A DNA stretch of 62,658 bases, the filler included, from Xylographa opegraphella (lineage: Eukaryota): the NCBI GenBank assembly GCA_022813865.1. It is 2 parts of 2 records of this genome, joined end to end, with 100 filler letters (N's around TTAATTAATTAA, not from the genome) between each part and the next. Parts side by side here need not be neighbours in the genome. Positions count along the whole stretch, not along the records: positions 31,694 to 62,658 come from JALDZX010000118.1; 1 more part is not named here. The stretch is one strand, 5' to 3'. The translations under genes were made by a program, and so were the position numbers. The notes under the pieces are model-generated. The model was not told the origin of the DNA and ran no database searches. It worked only from the letters and a program-made list of their open reading frames with translations. Of the stretch, positions 38,453 through 49,829 are shown piece after piece. Every line of letters starts with the position of its first letter. Within the stretch, counting starts at the first letter, position 1.

Positions 38453-41400
38453 CTAGGCGGCCACATACTTACCACTCATGATCTTCCTCACCACCGGCAC
38501 TTCTTTATGTAGTCCACTGCTTCCTCCGCTGATACCTTCGTCCGCGAACGGGTTGCTTCCCTCCTCTTTCACTCTACTTACGTGGCTGATGCTGAGGCCA
38601 CTGCCGAGGCCCTCCGCCGCAGTGATCTCCCACCGAGCTTCCACACTGCCAGGAGTGGCCTCGCTGTCCGTGCCGAACCGCGCAACTAATCTCTGAGGGC
38701 CTTCCGAATACGCATCCAGAGTGACGTTTCCGAGTCGCCAATAAATCGTATTCTTTTCCTTAGAAAAGGTTCCTGGTGGTTTCGACAGGCACGTCAGAGC
38801 TGTAGTATTCTCGATGGTGATCATGACAACCACATTCTGGAGCGACACACTCCTCTTGGCGGGAGACACAAATGCGTTATTGAAGGAGTAATTGAGAATG
38901 ACCGAGGTCTGAGTCGGCTCTACCTTCCAGAGTGGACTAAGGATGACAGGAGCATATGCTGCCAGCGCGGTCTCTTCAATGTGTACCTGCAAGAGAATCA
39001 GCTCAATGATCCAAAAGGGGTTGTGAAATTTCACGTTTACTGACCTGATACTTGAAGGCCAGAGACGTGTGTGCAATTTGTGATACATCGACGGTATACT
39101 CGCCGGATTTTGACTCGATCTGTTTGATGAAGGTATGATTTGTAGCGATCTTCTCTAATACAGAAAAGTTGTCCAGCCTGATGCTCTCCGTTTCAGACAG
39201 AGACGCGGCTCCAGAACCGTTGTACGAAAGTGCCAGCTCGCCAACAACGACCGCTTTGGTTACTTGGCTGTCTGAGAAACAGGCGCTTACTGTCTCGACA
39301 ATGGACGCATTAAAGCCTGGTTCACGCATTTCCGGGTGTCTTATATTGGATTGAGCGACGCTAATCAACGAATGAGAAGAACGAATTGACTGAGAATCAG
39401 CTCCTCCGATGTCTTCCGGAGGCAAATTCCGAGCCTGGGCGATGTTCAACCCTGTCGTTGGAGCCTGACCTGATCCAGGTACTGTCTGGTCTTCTATAGT
39501 TGAGGGGTTCGGTACAAAAATAGTGTTTCGCACATCTCGGCGACCCCTTAAAGTTCCCCCTTTACGTTGTGGTGGAGCCACTTGTGCTTGCTAAAGCACA
39601 TCAGTAGTTGCTTATTTCGTCGTCGTTCCAGACCTTACAGCTCGTAGAGTATTAGCCACATTCGACAGTGCTGCCTGTGCATCCCCATCCTCTTCGTGTA
39701 TAGGTTCGCTTTGAATATTGAGCTTAAATTGAGGTTGATCGCATTCGCTAGACTAATCAGTCGATGAACATAGCCATTGGTTGCGAAGCTTACCCTAGTG
39801 CTTCTTGGTGCGCCTTTGAAACCTCGTCGATTGCTGAAGGTGGTACGCTGAACCCTTCCGAGTCGCGCTGAGCCTATAAACTTATCAGAACCTGTATACC
39901 TAACATCCTGTCATGTGGAATACCTCTTCCGGCATCGTGAACAGAGGTCGAGTTTTTGGATCCATAAACGATCGTGGACTTGTTGGAATTCCGTTAGTCA
40001 GAGGGGATTCCCGTGGTGCTGCCGGTTCGATAATATCGCCATGGACATCTGGTTCAGTGCGCTGTTGGTCTACAGACGATAACGTTGGCTGCAGCTGCTG
40101 GCTCCGAAAAGAGTCGTTTGTCACTGTAGGTTGTTGACGAGGCGGCGAAGTAGGCAGTTCTGTAGTTGAAGCATCCGGTGAAGGGATTTGTTGCATGTTC
40201 CGTGAGCTACCCCTGCGAAGCGGATTTCTGTTTGACCTCGATCGTTTATCTGGCGACGGGGTTCGTTCTACAGAGCTTGGATCAACTTTACGTCGGCTCA
40301 TGACAGTTCCGAGCCGCCTGAGACCTCCCAGTGGGCCTTTCCGATGGTCTTTGACAGCTTACATCGCATTAGAAAAACGGCATATGAACGGACAGAGGTA
40401 GCATACCAGCAGGTAGTTGTAGAGCACCACCGGATGCCGCCGATCGCTCACTGCGCCCATCATCCAAGGTTCTTGAGGGCGTTGGAGTAGGCGGCGCAAG
40501 TGCCCTGGGTGCTTCATTTGATACATGAGAAATCATCGTCGCTCGGTTAGACAGAGGCATAATAGATGGAGCAGGATTTGAAGGTGAGACATTCGACCCG
40601 GCTCTACTTGATATTTGTGCTGGGATTTGGGTTGTACTTCCAGAGTTTTTGGCAACAAATGTTGAGATCTCCTCTGCCGTGTCAACGTTCAGTAACGCGT
40701 TGAGACAGTTTTCCGCGGACACTCGACTTCTTTCAAGCTGGTCCACTTCGTGTGTCTGCAGTTGTGTCAAAGTGTCGCGTAGGTGGTTGACCCGGCTTTC
40801 ATCTAAAGCCTGTAACTGCTCGAACACGAACGGTGCCTGAGAGAGCCACTGCTGGTTCGCATACTGAACATCTGAGATAGCAGAGGATAGTTTTTTCGAA
40901 TCTGCCCTCCCTCCTTTGGCCAATGCTTTCTCTGATCTCTTTTGTGCGTCTTCCAACTCTCTTGCCAGTGCTGCAAGGTTACCTTGAATCGTGGATATAC
41001 CTTGCATTTCTCTATTTTTGCTCTGATATTCTCGCAGCGGCCGCTCCACATCTGCCTCGATTTTTAGCGCCAACGCAGCATGCGATTCCGCAAGGGTTTC
41101 TGTGGAGCTAACAATGCTCGTCCATGGTGTCTGAAAAACACTACACGAAGTCAGCGAAAGCATTCAAGACATCCTTTGATTGCACACCCAAGATGAGCAC
41201 TGGCAGGTCCATCTTGCCGGCGTCTGCTTGCGAGTCTATTTAGACCCTGGACATACTCTTCCTCAACTCGACGTCGCTCCTACAGTCACCGTCAGTTGGT
41301 GTTCGAAAGGTGTTGGAATTAGTTAAAGGGATAAATTACCAGCAGCCAGTCTGCAATATCCTCATTTATTTTGACAATCACTTTCACCCGATCTTTAAGC

Positions 41401-41549
41401 ACCGAGACGGCCTGCTGTGGTTGAAGACATGTCTGGGAAATAGTCAGAACGCATTACAGATCCACATGGCTCGAGCATGCGGCCCTGTAAGGTGTGCAGC
41501 ATATATCACTCACGAGTAGTGCAGGGTATTCTTGACGTTGAAGATCCAT
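38453..41549 (-). CDS. SYP1: Syp1 / muniscin endocytic adaptor (N-terminal F-BAR, Pro/Ser-rich linker, C-terminal mu-homology domain)
   Basis: Start MDLQRQEYPALL|gtgagt. F-BAR segments IADWLL|ERRRVEEEY, VFQTPWTSIVSSTETLAESH...IEADVERPL and QAPFVFEQLQALDESRVNHLRD. Linker motif RGRRDVRNTIF. MHD NASIVETVSA...VVGELAL...PVILSPLWKVE...SGKYVAA*. Multi-exon; not every internal junction was fixed. Confidence 0.9.
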
Positions 41550-41887
41550 GGTTCTGGCATTAACCACAATGTTTCATCGCCAAAAGCGTCATACGGTACG
41601 TGACGAGATTATATAAGGTATGAAAATTGCGCTGGGCACGATCAAGCTCGCGGCTAGAGCCGGATGGGATGCACTATGTATATAACCGCAATATTCTCGA
41701 AATCTTGATTGTTTGGTGGTGTGACAACAATTGCGAGCTACATGTAGAAAAAGTTATCGGAACATTTGATCCACGCTGCATTGTCAAATGTAGTTGCATA
41801 GGTTCACATAGTATCAAACACGAAGGCACCAACTGCATTCATTCCACTTCACAAATCATTTAGAAAAACATATTTTCACTACCTGTC

Positions 41888-43326
41888 ATGGCTCCCAAGA
41901 TATGGCAGACCGAGATGAGCTTGACAGAGAGGCTCAGCGTGGGTATGGAGCTGTTAGTTCACCTGGGCATAAGTACTCTTACGCAGATCTGCCGCAAAAT
42001 CGTAGCAGCGGAGCTGATACTTCCTTTATTCTTTTCAGAAATGCCGCTTGTAAAGCTGCTTTCCCTGATCTCCCAGCCCAGGATGTTCGACAAAAAGCCC
42101 AGACATTGGAGAAAGCTGCCTTCGAAAATGCTTTCAGCAAAGTACGTGCTCATCAAGTTTACAAGAAGTCTATCGGATTGCTCAAACATTTGCTAAAGGA
42201 ACACTACCATGACCTCTGGTATCAATCATTAAGTCGGCTTCAATTACCTCCTGAGTCATCAATCGCTCCAAGCACTGAAACAAGTTTGAAACTTCCAACC
42301 AATACCCCGTCACAGCAAATCGGAAAGTATGAAGCAACCTACCACCAATCCGGCCTCTTCTCCACAATCTTTCAAGCTCGCGAATCCAACACACTCTCGA
42401 CCCCTCTTGTAGCTCTGAAAGTGACCATACCTTCTCAAATGTCACCACCCCACAACTCTATACGAGAAGCTCGTCTTCTCGCCCTCGCCATAAGCACTAA
42501 CGTTATTCCTCTTCTCTCCACCTTTTATCGCCCCGGGGGCCATTTTGTTCTTGTGTTCCCTTTCATTCCTTACACATTCGGCGATCTTCTCCACCAGCAA
42601 GCTCTGACCCAGTCTCAAGTCCAATCTCATCTACATGACCTGTTCTCCGCTCTCGCTCATATCCACTCCCGAGGTATCCTTCACCGAGACATTAAACCTG
42701 ACAATATCCTCCTAACATCACCTTCCGGATCTGCCTACCTCGCGGACTTTGGCATTGCATGGAAGGAAGGCGATCTGAACTCGGAGGCTGCAGATAAGAA
42801 AATCACGGACGTGGGCACAACTTGCTATCGCGCCCCAGAACTGCTCTTCGGCAAGACCACCTATGATAGCTCAGTGGATATGTGGGCGGCAGGCTGTGTT
42901 GTCGCTGAGGCAATGTTGAATGGGAAGAAGACATTATTTGATGCTGGCCCATTAGGAAGTGAACTGGCCCTTATACAATCCATTTTCAAGACGAAGGGAA
43001 CGCCCACGACGCAGAGTTGGCCTGTAGGTTTTCAACTTAGGTCAGAGACCTGAGACATTGACTCGGGTTTAGGAAACCGCCCAGCTACCTGACTGGGGGA
43101 AAATGCGATTCAACGAATACCCGCCAAGGCCATGGGAGGAAGTGATGCCAGATACCAAGCCAGCTGCAAGAGAATTGGTAGATAAATTGGTAAAATACCA
43201 AAGCCATGACCGATTAACCGCGCTGGAGGTGAGTTCGATCTCTGCACACAGCTTAAGATTCTTGGATTGGATGCACTCGTTCATCGATGACAGGCACTAG
43301 CACACCCATACTCCGAATTGTCATAA
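41888..43326 (+). CDS. CMGC Ser/Thr kinase, fungal CDK-activating kinase (Csk1/Cak1)-like, with short helical N-terminal domain
   Basis: Motifs VALK, HRDIKPDNILL, DFG, ITDVGTTCYRAPELLFG and DMWAAGCV; degenerate Gly-loop (HQSGLFSTIF). Exons 41888-41952, 42039-42141, 42199-43023, 43073-43228 and 43294-43326 (ends ALAHPYSELS*). Subfamily assignment is from recognition, not a search. Confidence 0.85.
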
Positions 43327-43605
43327 AGAACCAGACTCAAAACTCATGCTAAGGATGAGCGACTAGCCAAATACAGCGAGAGCTGGATGACACAAGCAAA
43401 GCGTGAACTTTTAGATCACATGCAACAAGCATGAGGATATCACCACACATCGAACGAGTAAGAATGGTTCAAAGTATTTCAGAAGGCGTCCGGCACAACG
43501 GCATCCAGTTTGCCGCTTAGAAGATTATCGCTACATCGTAAGTATCTTCGCTAGTTTTGCGCCACACAGTCCTCTTATCATAGTGCTTGAACAGTGCCTT
43601 TCGCA

Positions 43606-44974
43606 TTAATACGGATAGCTTCTATCATCGTCTTCTTTCGAGACATCCAAACCTGCATCGAGCTGCTCCTGATGTCTTGCATCCAGGTACTCCAACAGCA
43701 CGTCTTGATATCTTTCCCTACCTTTGTACCTTGCCACGTCATCTCCCCAGCTCCTGATCGCGCTAGCTAATCGACCAGGCACATATGGCTGCTGGGCAAT
43801 TTCAATAATAGGGTGAAAATAAGTTCGAATAGTGAATACCACTCCGCCCGAGCGAGGTAGTCGACGAAGACTTTGCCGTTCACTACGAAACCAATGATTT
43901 TCAATAGCTTTGTTCTTGAATGCTGTATTCCAGCCAACATCAGCGTCGTCTTCAGGTCCAATGCTATCGCTCCATGCGAGGTTGTCATCCACCTGTATGA
44001 AGTAATTGTTCCGTAGCACAGGACCATTTGGTTGAATACGTCGAAAAAAGTTCATCATTCCTTTCTCGAGCTTTTGCTTGAAGCCCGGAACGGCTCCAGT
44101 TGTATGTATCTCTGATAGAGGCATTCGCCACTTGTCTTCGAGACGCCAGAATCCCGCAAGTAAGATGGACCCCGCTAATAGATAATACTGTCCATCTGAT
44201 TTCTCGAACATGATGGCGAGATCGTCCTGTACCATACGAGCTGCCATCTGCATCGGGTCTTCGACCAATGGACGTTCGAATATGTTGAATGATTCATAAG
44301 TAACCAGGTTGTCCATTCCATCGACAGTTTTGCGGTAAAGCGAAGGATACCGTCGAGGAAGGTAGTCGCAGCTGCACGTAAGAATACGTGTCTCAGTATA
44401 AAACCAGTGACATAAGACACGAGATTTCTTACAATTCTTCCAAGAGTTCTACAGCTCCATCGAATGCTTCTGGCGCTGTTTTACAGCACTTCGACCCACG
44501 TTCGTGGATCCTCCTTGCTTTGTCGGCATGGAATTTGAGATAGTGGTTGTCCAGCTCTATCCACTCATCCCACTTCATCGTCCTCAGGCCCATAGTGATA
44601 TGATAAGGGCCATGCCGGAACGGTCGGTAGGGTAGTGGCAGGGTGTTATGAATATCCCAGTTCCGGTATGGTTCAGGAGGCGGAGGGTGAAATATCACTG
44701 GTTTCCACAACCCAAGCGGTCGCCCAGCACCTTTGAGCTCGGTACAATTTCGCACCGTAGGCTTTTCGATATCCAGAGTTCTTGTTCTTGGGGTGGGGTG
44801 GCTTAAGTATCGCTTGTAGATGCTTATCATGAGCCAAATGGATAAACTCAATATTATGAGCGTATGAAGCGGCGAATGCGGATGTTCGATCGCGAAAGGT
44901 AAAATGTCTTCAAGCATTGCTTGTAGTCGAGGATATAAGTCATCTTCCATCGCTGTTAATTCAAACGAACTCAT
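43606..44974 (-). CDS. DUF3445 / heme-dependent oxidative N-demethylase alpha-subunit-like protein with N-terminal TM segment
   Basis: Family motifs PYRPFRHGPYHITMGLR...WDEWIELDN, VQDDLAIM, LPRRYPSLY, LSEIH..GAVP, RNNYFIQ and RSERQSLRRLPRSGGVVFTIRTY. Exons 44974-44433 and 44371-43606 (61-nt GT-AG intron). The start could be the second Met. Confidence 0.88.
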
Positions 44975-45216
44975 CGACAGATGAGAACGCTGCGATCAAC
45001 CTTCCTGTGAAGAATTACAATTCAGGATGACCGGAGATAAGGTAGGTAGCTGATCAATCATTTACTTTTCTGGAGATAATGTCGGGTGATTCGATGTACC
45101 GGCCATCGACAAAAGAAGTACTAGTAGCCAGAACACTTTCTATCCCGTGCATCTGATTGGTCAAGGGTCCCATTGCCCAATCCGGGAAGTCGGTTGCGAT
45201 GGATGATGACCCAACA

Positions 45217-47186
45217 TCATGGTGCGAAATTTTTTCGTCTTCGCATTAAGCAGTAATTTCCCCATTTTCTCCGATACCTTTCAGGAATCCATGAGACTTC
45301 TGGCAACCAAAGAAGTCTACCAATGAGGCTCGTTTTTCCCGTGTCTAGAAACTTAATACACAGCAGCTGTTCCCAGACCTGCTGATCAAGAATGTAGTTG
45401 GGTTCTAGTTGTGAAGTATTCGAAGAGGGGAGGTACGAATCCACTAGGAAAGAGCAATAAGATATGTCGAACTGACACTTATTAGCGTCATCTCAACATA
45501 AAGCTTCAGGAACCATACGTATTTTCCTGGATCTGCAACATTGTGATCGTTCATACCTCGTGGGATAAGCCAGGTTCCAGCGAAAAGACCAAATCCTACT
45601 TTCGCTTCACTAAATTCGCCCGGAAGCAGACCATCGAAATCGCTGCGGATAAATTTTGCGCGCATATCATTCGGTAAGAAGTATGAAGACGGGAAGCGGT
45701 ACCACTCTTTGCCCAGGCAGACAATTCCTCCGATTTGATCCATATCCGGCTCTTGGAGTGCTGTGTAGATCTGTAGCGGTGCACGATAGGCCGTTACCAC
45801 ACCTAAAGTCCGAAGTAGCCCGATATCAATGGCCAGAACCACCGCAGTTAGGACAAAAGCGAATTTCAGCTTTGCAGGAATCATACCCATTAACGTCTTC
45901 GGATCAGCAATACCTACATATCCTAAAATAGAATGTAACGCGATTGCTGCATTGAGGCCAAGAAAGGGGTATGCAGGGTACATGAATCGTTCCTCCTTGT
46001 GCGCTTGAGCCGAGAAAATGGCAAGCCACATGTAGAACGGAGAAACCAAAAATGCATTTCTCATGAGTGTAAATCTCGTTGAGGACTCCAATTGTAAGAC
46101 ATACTGCAGCACTAGGAGCGGTCCTGCACATAATGCAAGTACAAACCAGATATTGAAATTCAGTAAGAGGTTACGAATATAAAAATCGAATGGCTCGGTC
46201 CCGAAGATTTCGGGCCCTTGTCCAGCACCACTGAAGATATTGTACGATACAATTCTCCAGGGAACAAGGACAATTTTGTGGTAGAAGAAAGTATCGACGG
46301 CCACTTGGAGAGCCTACCCATGTCAGCTTACAGCTCAACATGGATCATAACAAGAAGTACTTGCCAATACAATGCTAGATCTGACGACCCCATCTACCAG
46401 TCTTCGCACTATCTCGACGTCTTTAGTTATGGAAGCAAGTATGAGCTCTTCCGCAAGAAAAGGTCCGATCAGTGCAACAGAGAAGGGCCACCCGACTATT
46501 CCACCAATTCCAAACCACATGATCCCTATGTGTGTCTTGGACCCTCCTCTCCAGTCCATAAAAGATATCATGCCCAACATGGTCGTATACATGGAGAAGC
46601 TGGACGGCAGATACGCAGCTGAAGCATGGAACATGCCAGGGCTTGAAAGCATAACCAGCATGAACCAGTTCGCTATCCTTGGATTGAGAACTTTGGAGAT
46701 TGTCGCAAAAAGACGTGATTGGCAGAAGGAACATGTCAGAGCCAGGACAACGCGAATGAAGTAGAACTCAAAGCTCTTCTTCCTGCTAAAAAGCGAGCCG
46801 AGTTTCCCCACGATAGCATGTATAACGATGTAGAGCCAGCTACGGATTGAATATTCTGGGGAATACTCCCATGTCTGAAGTCCGTACTTGCGATTCAGAT
46901 AATGAGTTGGTTCCCAGTAATTGAAAACCTCGTCACAATCTTGTATTGGGGCGTACAAAGCCGCAAGTCCATAGACAATGGCAAAGATGTAGAAGGCACT
47001 GATTGGGTCGACCACTGGTCTGACGGAACCAGGCCGCTTCACTCTGTAAAAAACTGGAGTCAGAGGCACGGTCGCGAAAGCAATTATACCATTGAAGAGT
47101 ACATACACAACATTGGATATTGGGAAAGCGTTATGCAGATTGTTCTGAGCGTCGGCAGAGTTGTGGGCGACCTTAGTAGGCATCAT
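45217..47186 (-). CDS. ALG9: Alpha-1,2-mannosyltransferase Alg9 (GT22)
   Basis: Motifs IQDCDEVFNYWEPTHYL, QTWEYSPEYSIRSW, YLPSSFSMY, GPEIFGTEP, HKEERFMYPAYP and CLGKEWYRFPSSYFLP. Exons 47186-47107, 47043-46365, 46313-45519 and 45471-45217; intron 2 is GC-AG. Confidence 0.95.
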
Positions 47187-47341
47187 ATCAATAATGTTCC
47201 CGGATGTGTACGGGGAAGAGCGTGAAATTCTGCTTCATTGCCTCAGAAACTCAGACCCTTACGTGCACCGCCACGTGCCTCGAAGGCCCCCCGTAGGGGG
47301 TTTGAGGGCGTTTCAATATATTACGCGATAAAACACTAGAC

Positions 47342-47465
47342 TATAATTGCAGCGTAGCTGTTCTAATAATAAAGGGGGCTTAAATCAAACTTCGATCGTT
47401 AGTATTACAGTATTTTCGCTTCGATTAGTATTTTTTTTACTTTTTAAACTTAACTTTAAAAAGAT
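47342..47465 (+). repeat. ~120-bp dispersed repeat, copy 2 (RIP-mutated)
   Basis: TTGCAGCGTAGCTGTTCTAATAATAAAGGGGGCTTAAATCAAACTTCGATCGTTAGT...; differences from copy 1 are mostly C>T/G>A. Confidence 0.72.
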
Positions 47466-47725
47466 TTAATATAATCGATTTACATTCATATTTTTATAAT
47501 TTTTATTATATTATTATAATTTAAAATAATCGTATTTATAAAATAAATTGAAATGAATGAGTGGAATCAAAATGATAAAATTAATGCTTTATTGAATTAC
47601 CTGTTAAAATGCGTAAGAAAGTTATTTTTTTCTTAAAAAAATTTGTATACGATTACGTTAATTAAACGGCTATATTAATTTAATAATTATATTAACATTA
47701 GCAAAAAGAATTCTTGCTTAAAATC

Positions 47726-48292
47726 CAAGGTTTTACAAATGAGTCAAAAAGCATGCTTTTTGCGCATTTAGCATATTTAGTACGTTTAGCACATTCAGCA
47801 AAGGTTTTTGCCCTTTACTCTTTAAGTAAATATTTTATGTATTTAAAATACGTTTGAAATACGTTTTTAATACGTTTTTAGAATTTAATAAAAAAATAGC
47901 TAAAAATAGAATAAATTATAAAGTTTTCAATTAACGAATATTATTTGTAAATATTCGCTAACGCTGTAACTTTACGAATATATAACGTAATTTAAAAAAT
48001 TTGACGGATTTGGATTTTTTACGTAAAATTGATTTAGTTACGTATTTATATTGTTTATATAAACCTGGTAGGGGGCCTGCTTAAAAAGATATAAAATATT
48101 TTTTTCGAAATTTTTTTTTTACTTAATTAGCTTTTATCTATTTTTAGTAGTTTTTAAATATTTTTTTAAGCGAAATAACTATTTTAGGACATTTTTTTTA
48201 ATATTTTAACATAGTAAAAAAGTTACTGAACGTGTTAAACGTGTTGAATACGCAAAAAGCATACTTTTTGCATGCAAAAATTAAAAACCTTG
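47726..48292. mobile_element. Degenerate non-autonomous TIR element (hAT-like CAAGG...CCTTG ends)
   Basis: Inverted ends CAAGGTTTT/AAAACCTTG, with inverted subterminal blocks containing the palindrome CAAAAAGCATGCTTTTTG and short repeats. No TSD found. Confidence 0.5.
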
Positions 48293-48384
48293 TACTATTT
48301 CTGCAAATCTGCTTTTTGCGCAAAAAGTATGCTTTTCGATCGAATTTTCGTTTTTACTTTTTGCTGATGAATTTATTTATATTA

Positions 48385-48855
48385 ATTTAATAATTACGTT
48401 AATTTAATAATTACGTTCACTTAATAATTACGTTAATTTAATAATTGTTACGGCTCGCTATCTCACCAGAAAAGCAGGCCTAGAACCACAGCTATAGGTG
48501 AGCGATTTCAACCTAGAATAATACAAGGAAGCAAGTTTAGTAATACANNNNNNNNNNNNNNNNNNNNNNNNNNNNNNNNNNNNNNNNNNNNNNNNNNNNN
48601 NNNNNNNNNNNNNNNNNNNNNNNNNNNNNNNNNNNNNNNNNNNNNNNNNNNNNNNNNNNNNNNNNNNNNNNNNNNNNNNNNNNNNNNNNNNNNNNNNNNN
48701 NNNNNNNNNNNNNNNNNNNNNNNNNNNNNNNNNNNNNNNNNNNNNNNNNNNNNNNCGTTAATTTAATAATTACGTTAATTTAATAATTACGTTAATTTAA
48801 TAATTACGTTAATTTAATAATTACGTTATTTGAATAATTACGTTAATTCAATAAC
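48385..48855. repeat. 18-bp minisatellite (TAATAATTACGTTAATTT)n interrupted by an LTR and a gap
   Basis: About 3.5 units before 48446 and about 5.5 units after the gap (48756-48855). Confidence 0.85.
48446..48547. mobile_element. End of a young, un-RIPed LTR running into a gap
   Basis: Starts TGTTACGGCTCGCTATCTCACC. First 60 nt are identical but for one base to 62599-62658, and related to the reverse complement of 51296-51363. Confidence 0.8.
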
Positions 48856-49829
48856 GAGCTAGCGCCTATATTGCCTTCAAATAGTATAAAAAATATTTTG
48901 CCAAACGACGTTATTTTCAACAAAATATATAATTATTTTATATTTATTACTCTATTTAACAATATTTAAAGTCGAGTTTCTCAAATTTATTCGATTCATA
49001 AAATTACTTTATATATCTTGAACGCCGATTTTTTTGAATTAATTTTAATTAAATATTGCGAAATAAAATAATTAAAATAATTGTATTTCAATTGTAATTA
49101 TAAATCTGTTAATATATTATAATAATAATATAAAGAATTTATATAGAAAATAAGTTTAAATTATTGAAGCGAAATTTCGTGAAATTTATAAATCACCAAA
49201 CTTACACTTTACGTAAATTATCGAGTGGCAAAGTAATAAAATAATTTCACGTATTTAAAACTTTTTTAATCGCAATTTATATAATAAATTTATTTTACGA
49301 ATTTATTATTAGGTAATTATTTCATCGCTTTTATAATATTGTTATTTTTTTTGGAAAAAAAGTTGTTTGATGATTATTTCGCGAAACGTTCGTAATTGTG
49401 AATTTAGTAAAAATTCTCGTCATGTAAACTTTTTACGAAAAAAATAACTAAAAATCGTTAATAAATTTAATATTATTCGTTAAATTTTCTTTAAATTTAT
49501 TTGCAGGCAAAACTAGTGAAATAATTTTTAAAAATGAATCAATTATCGAAATTTATGAAAGAAATTTATTAAAAAAATAAATCGAGTCGCGAATTTTCGC
49601 TAATAAATTTATTTTCAAAATATTTAAAAAAAAAATTAATTTCTTTATTAACGCAAGCCGAAAACTTTCCTGCGATTTTAATTTTGATTTTTATATCGCG
49701 TTAATTGCTATTTCGAAGTTGATTCAATTTATTTCTTTATAAATTATATTCAATTCGATTTATTTTAGTTTAATTTATAAAAAAAATAAAGAAAAATTTT
49801 ATTTTTACGAATATATTTAATTATATCAA

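Noticed and set aside
32387..47186. Gene island as Starship cargo or a biosynthetic cluster
   Set aside because: No tyrosine-recombinase captain or backbone enzyme; the genes are conserved housekeeping functions.
32284..47225. Numerous antisense or alternate-frame ORFs overlapping the six genes
   Set aside because: Shadow ORFs with no recognisable motifs; explained by the real genes.
48385..48855. Regular 18-bp repeats as a CRISPR array or telomere
   Set aside because: No unique spacers, eukaryotic context and no TTAGGG-type unit; it is a minisatellite.
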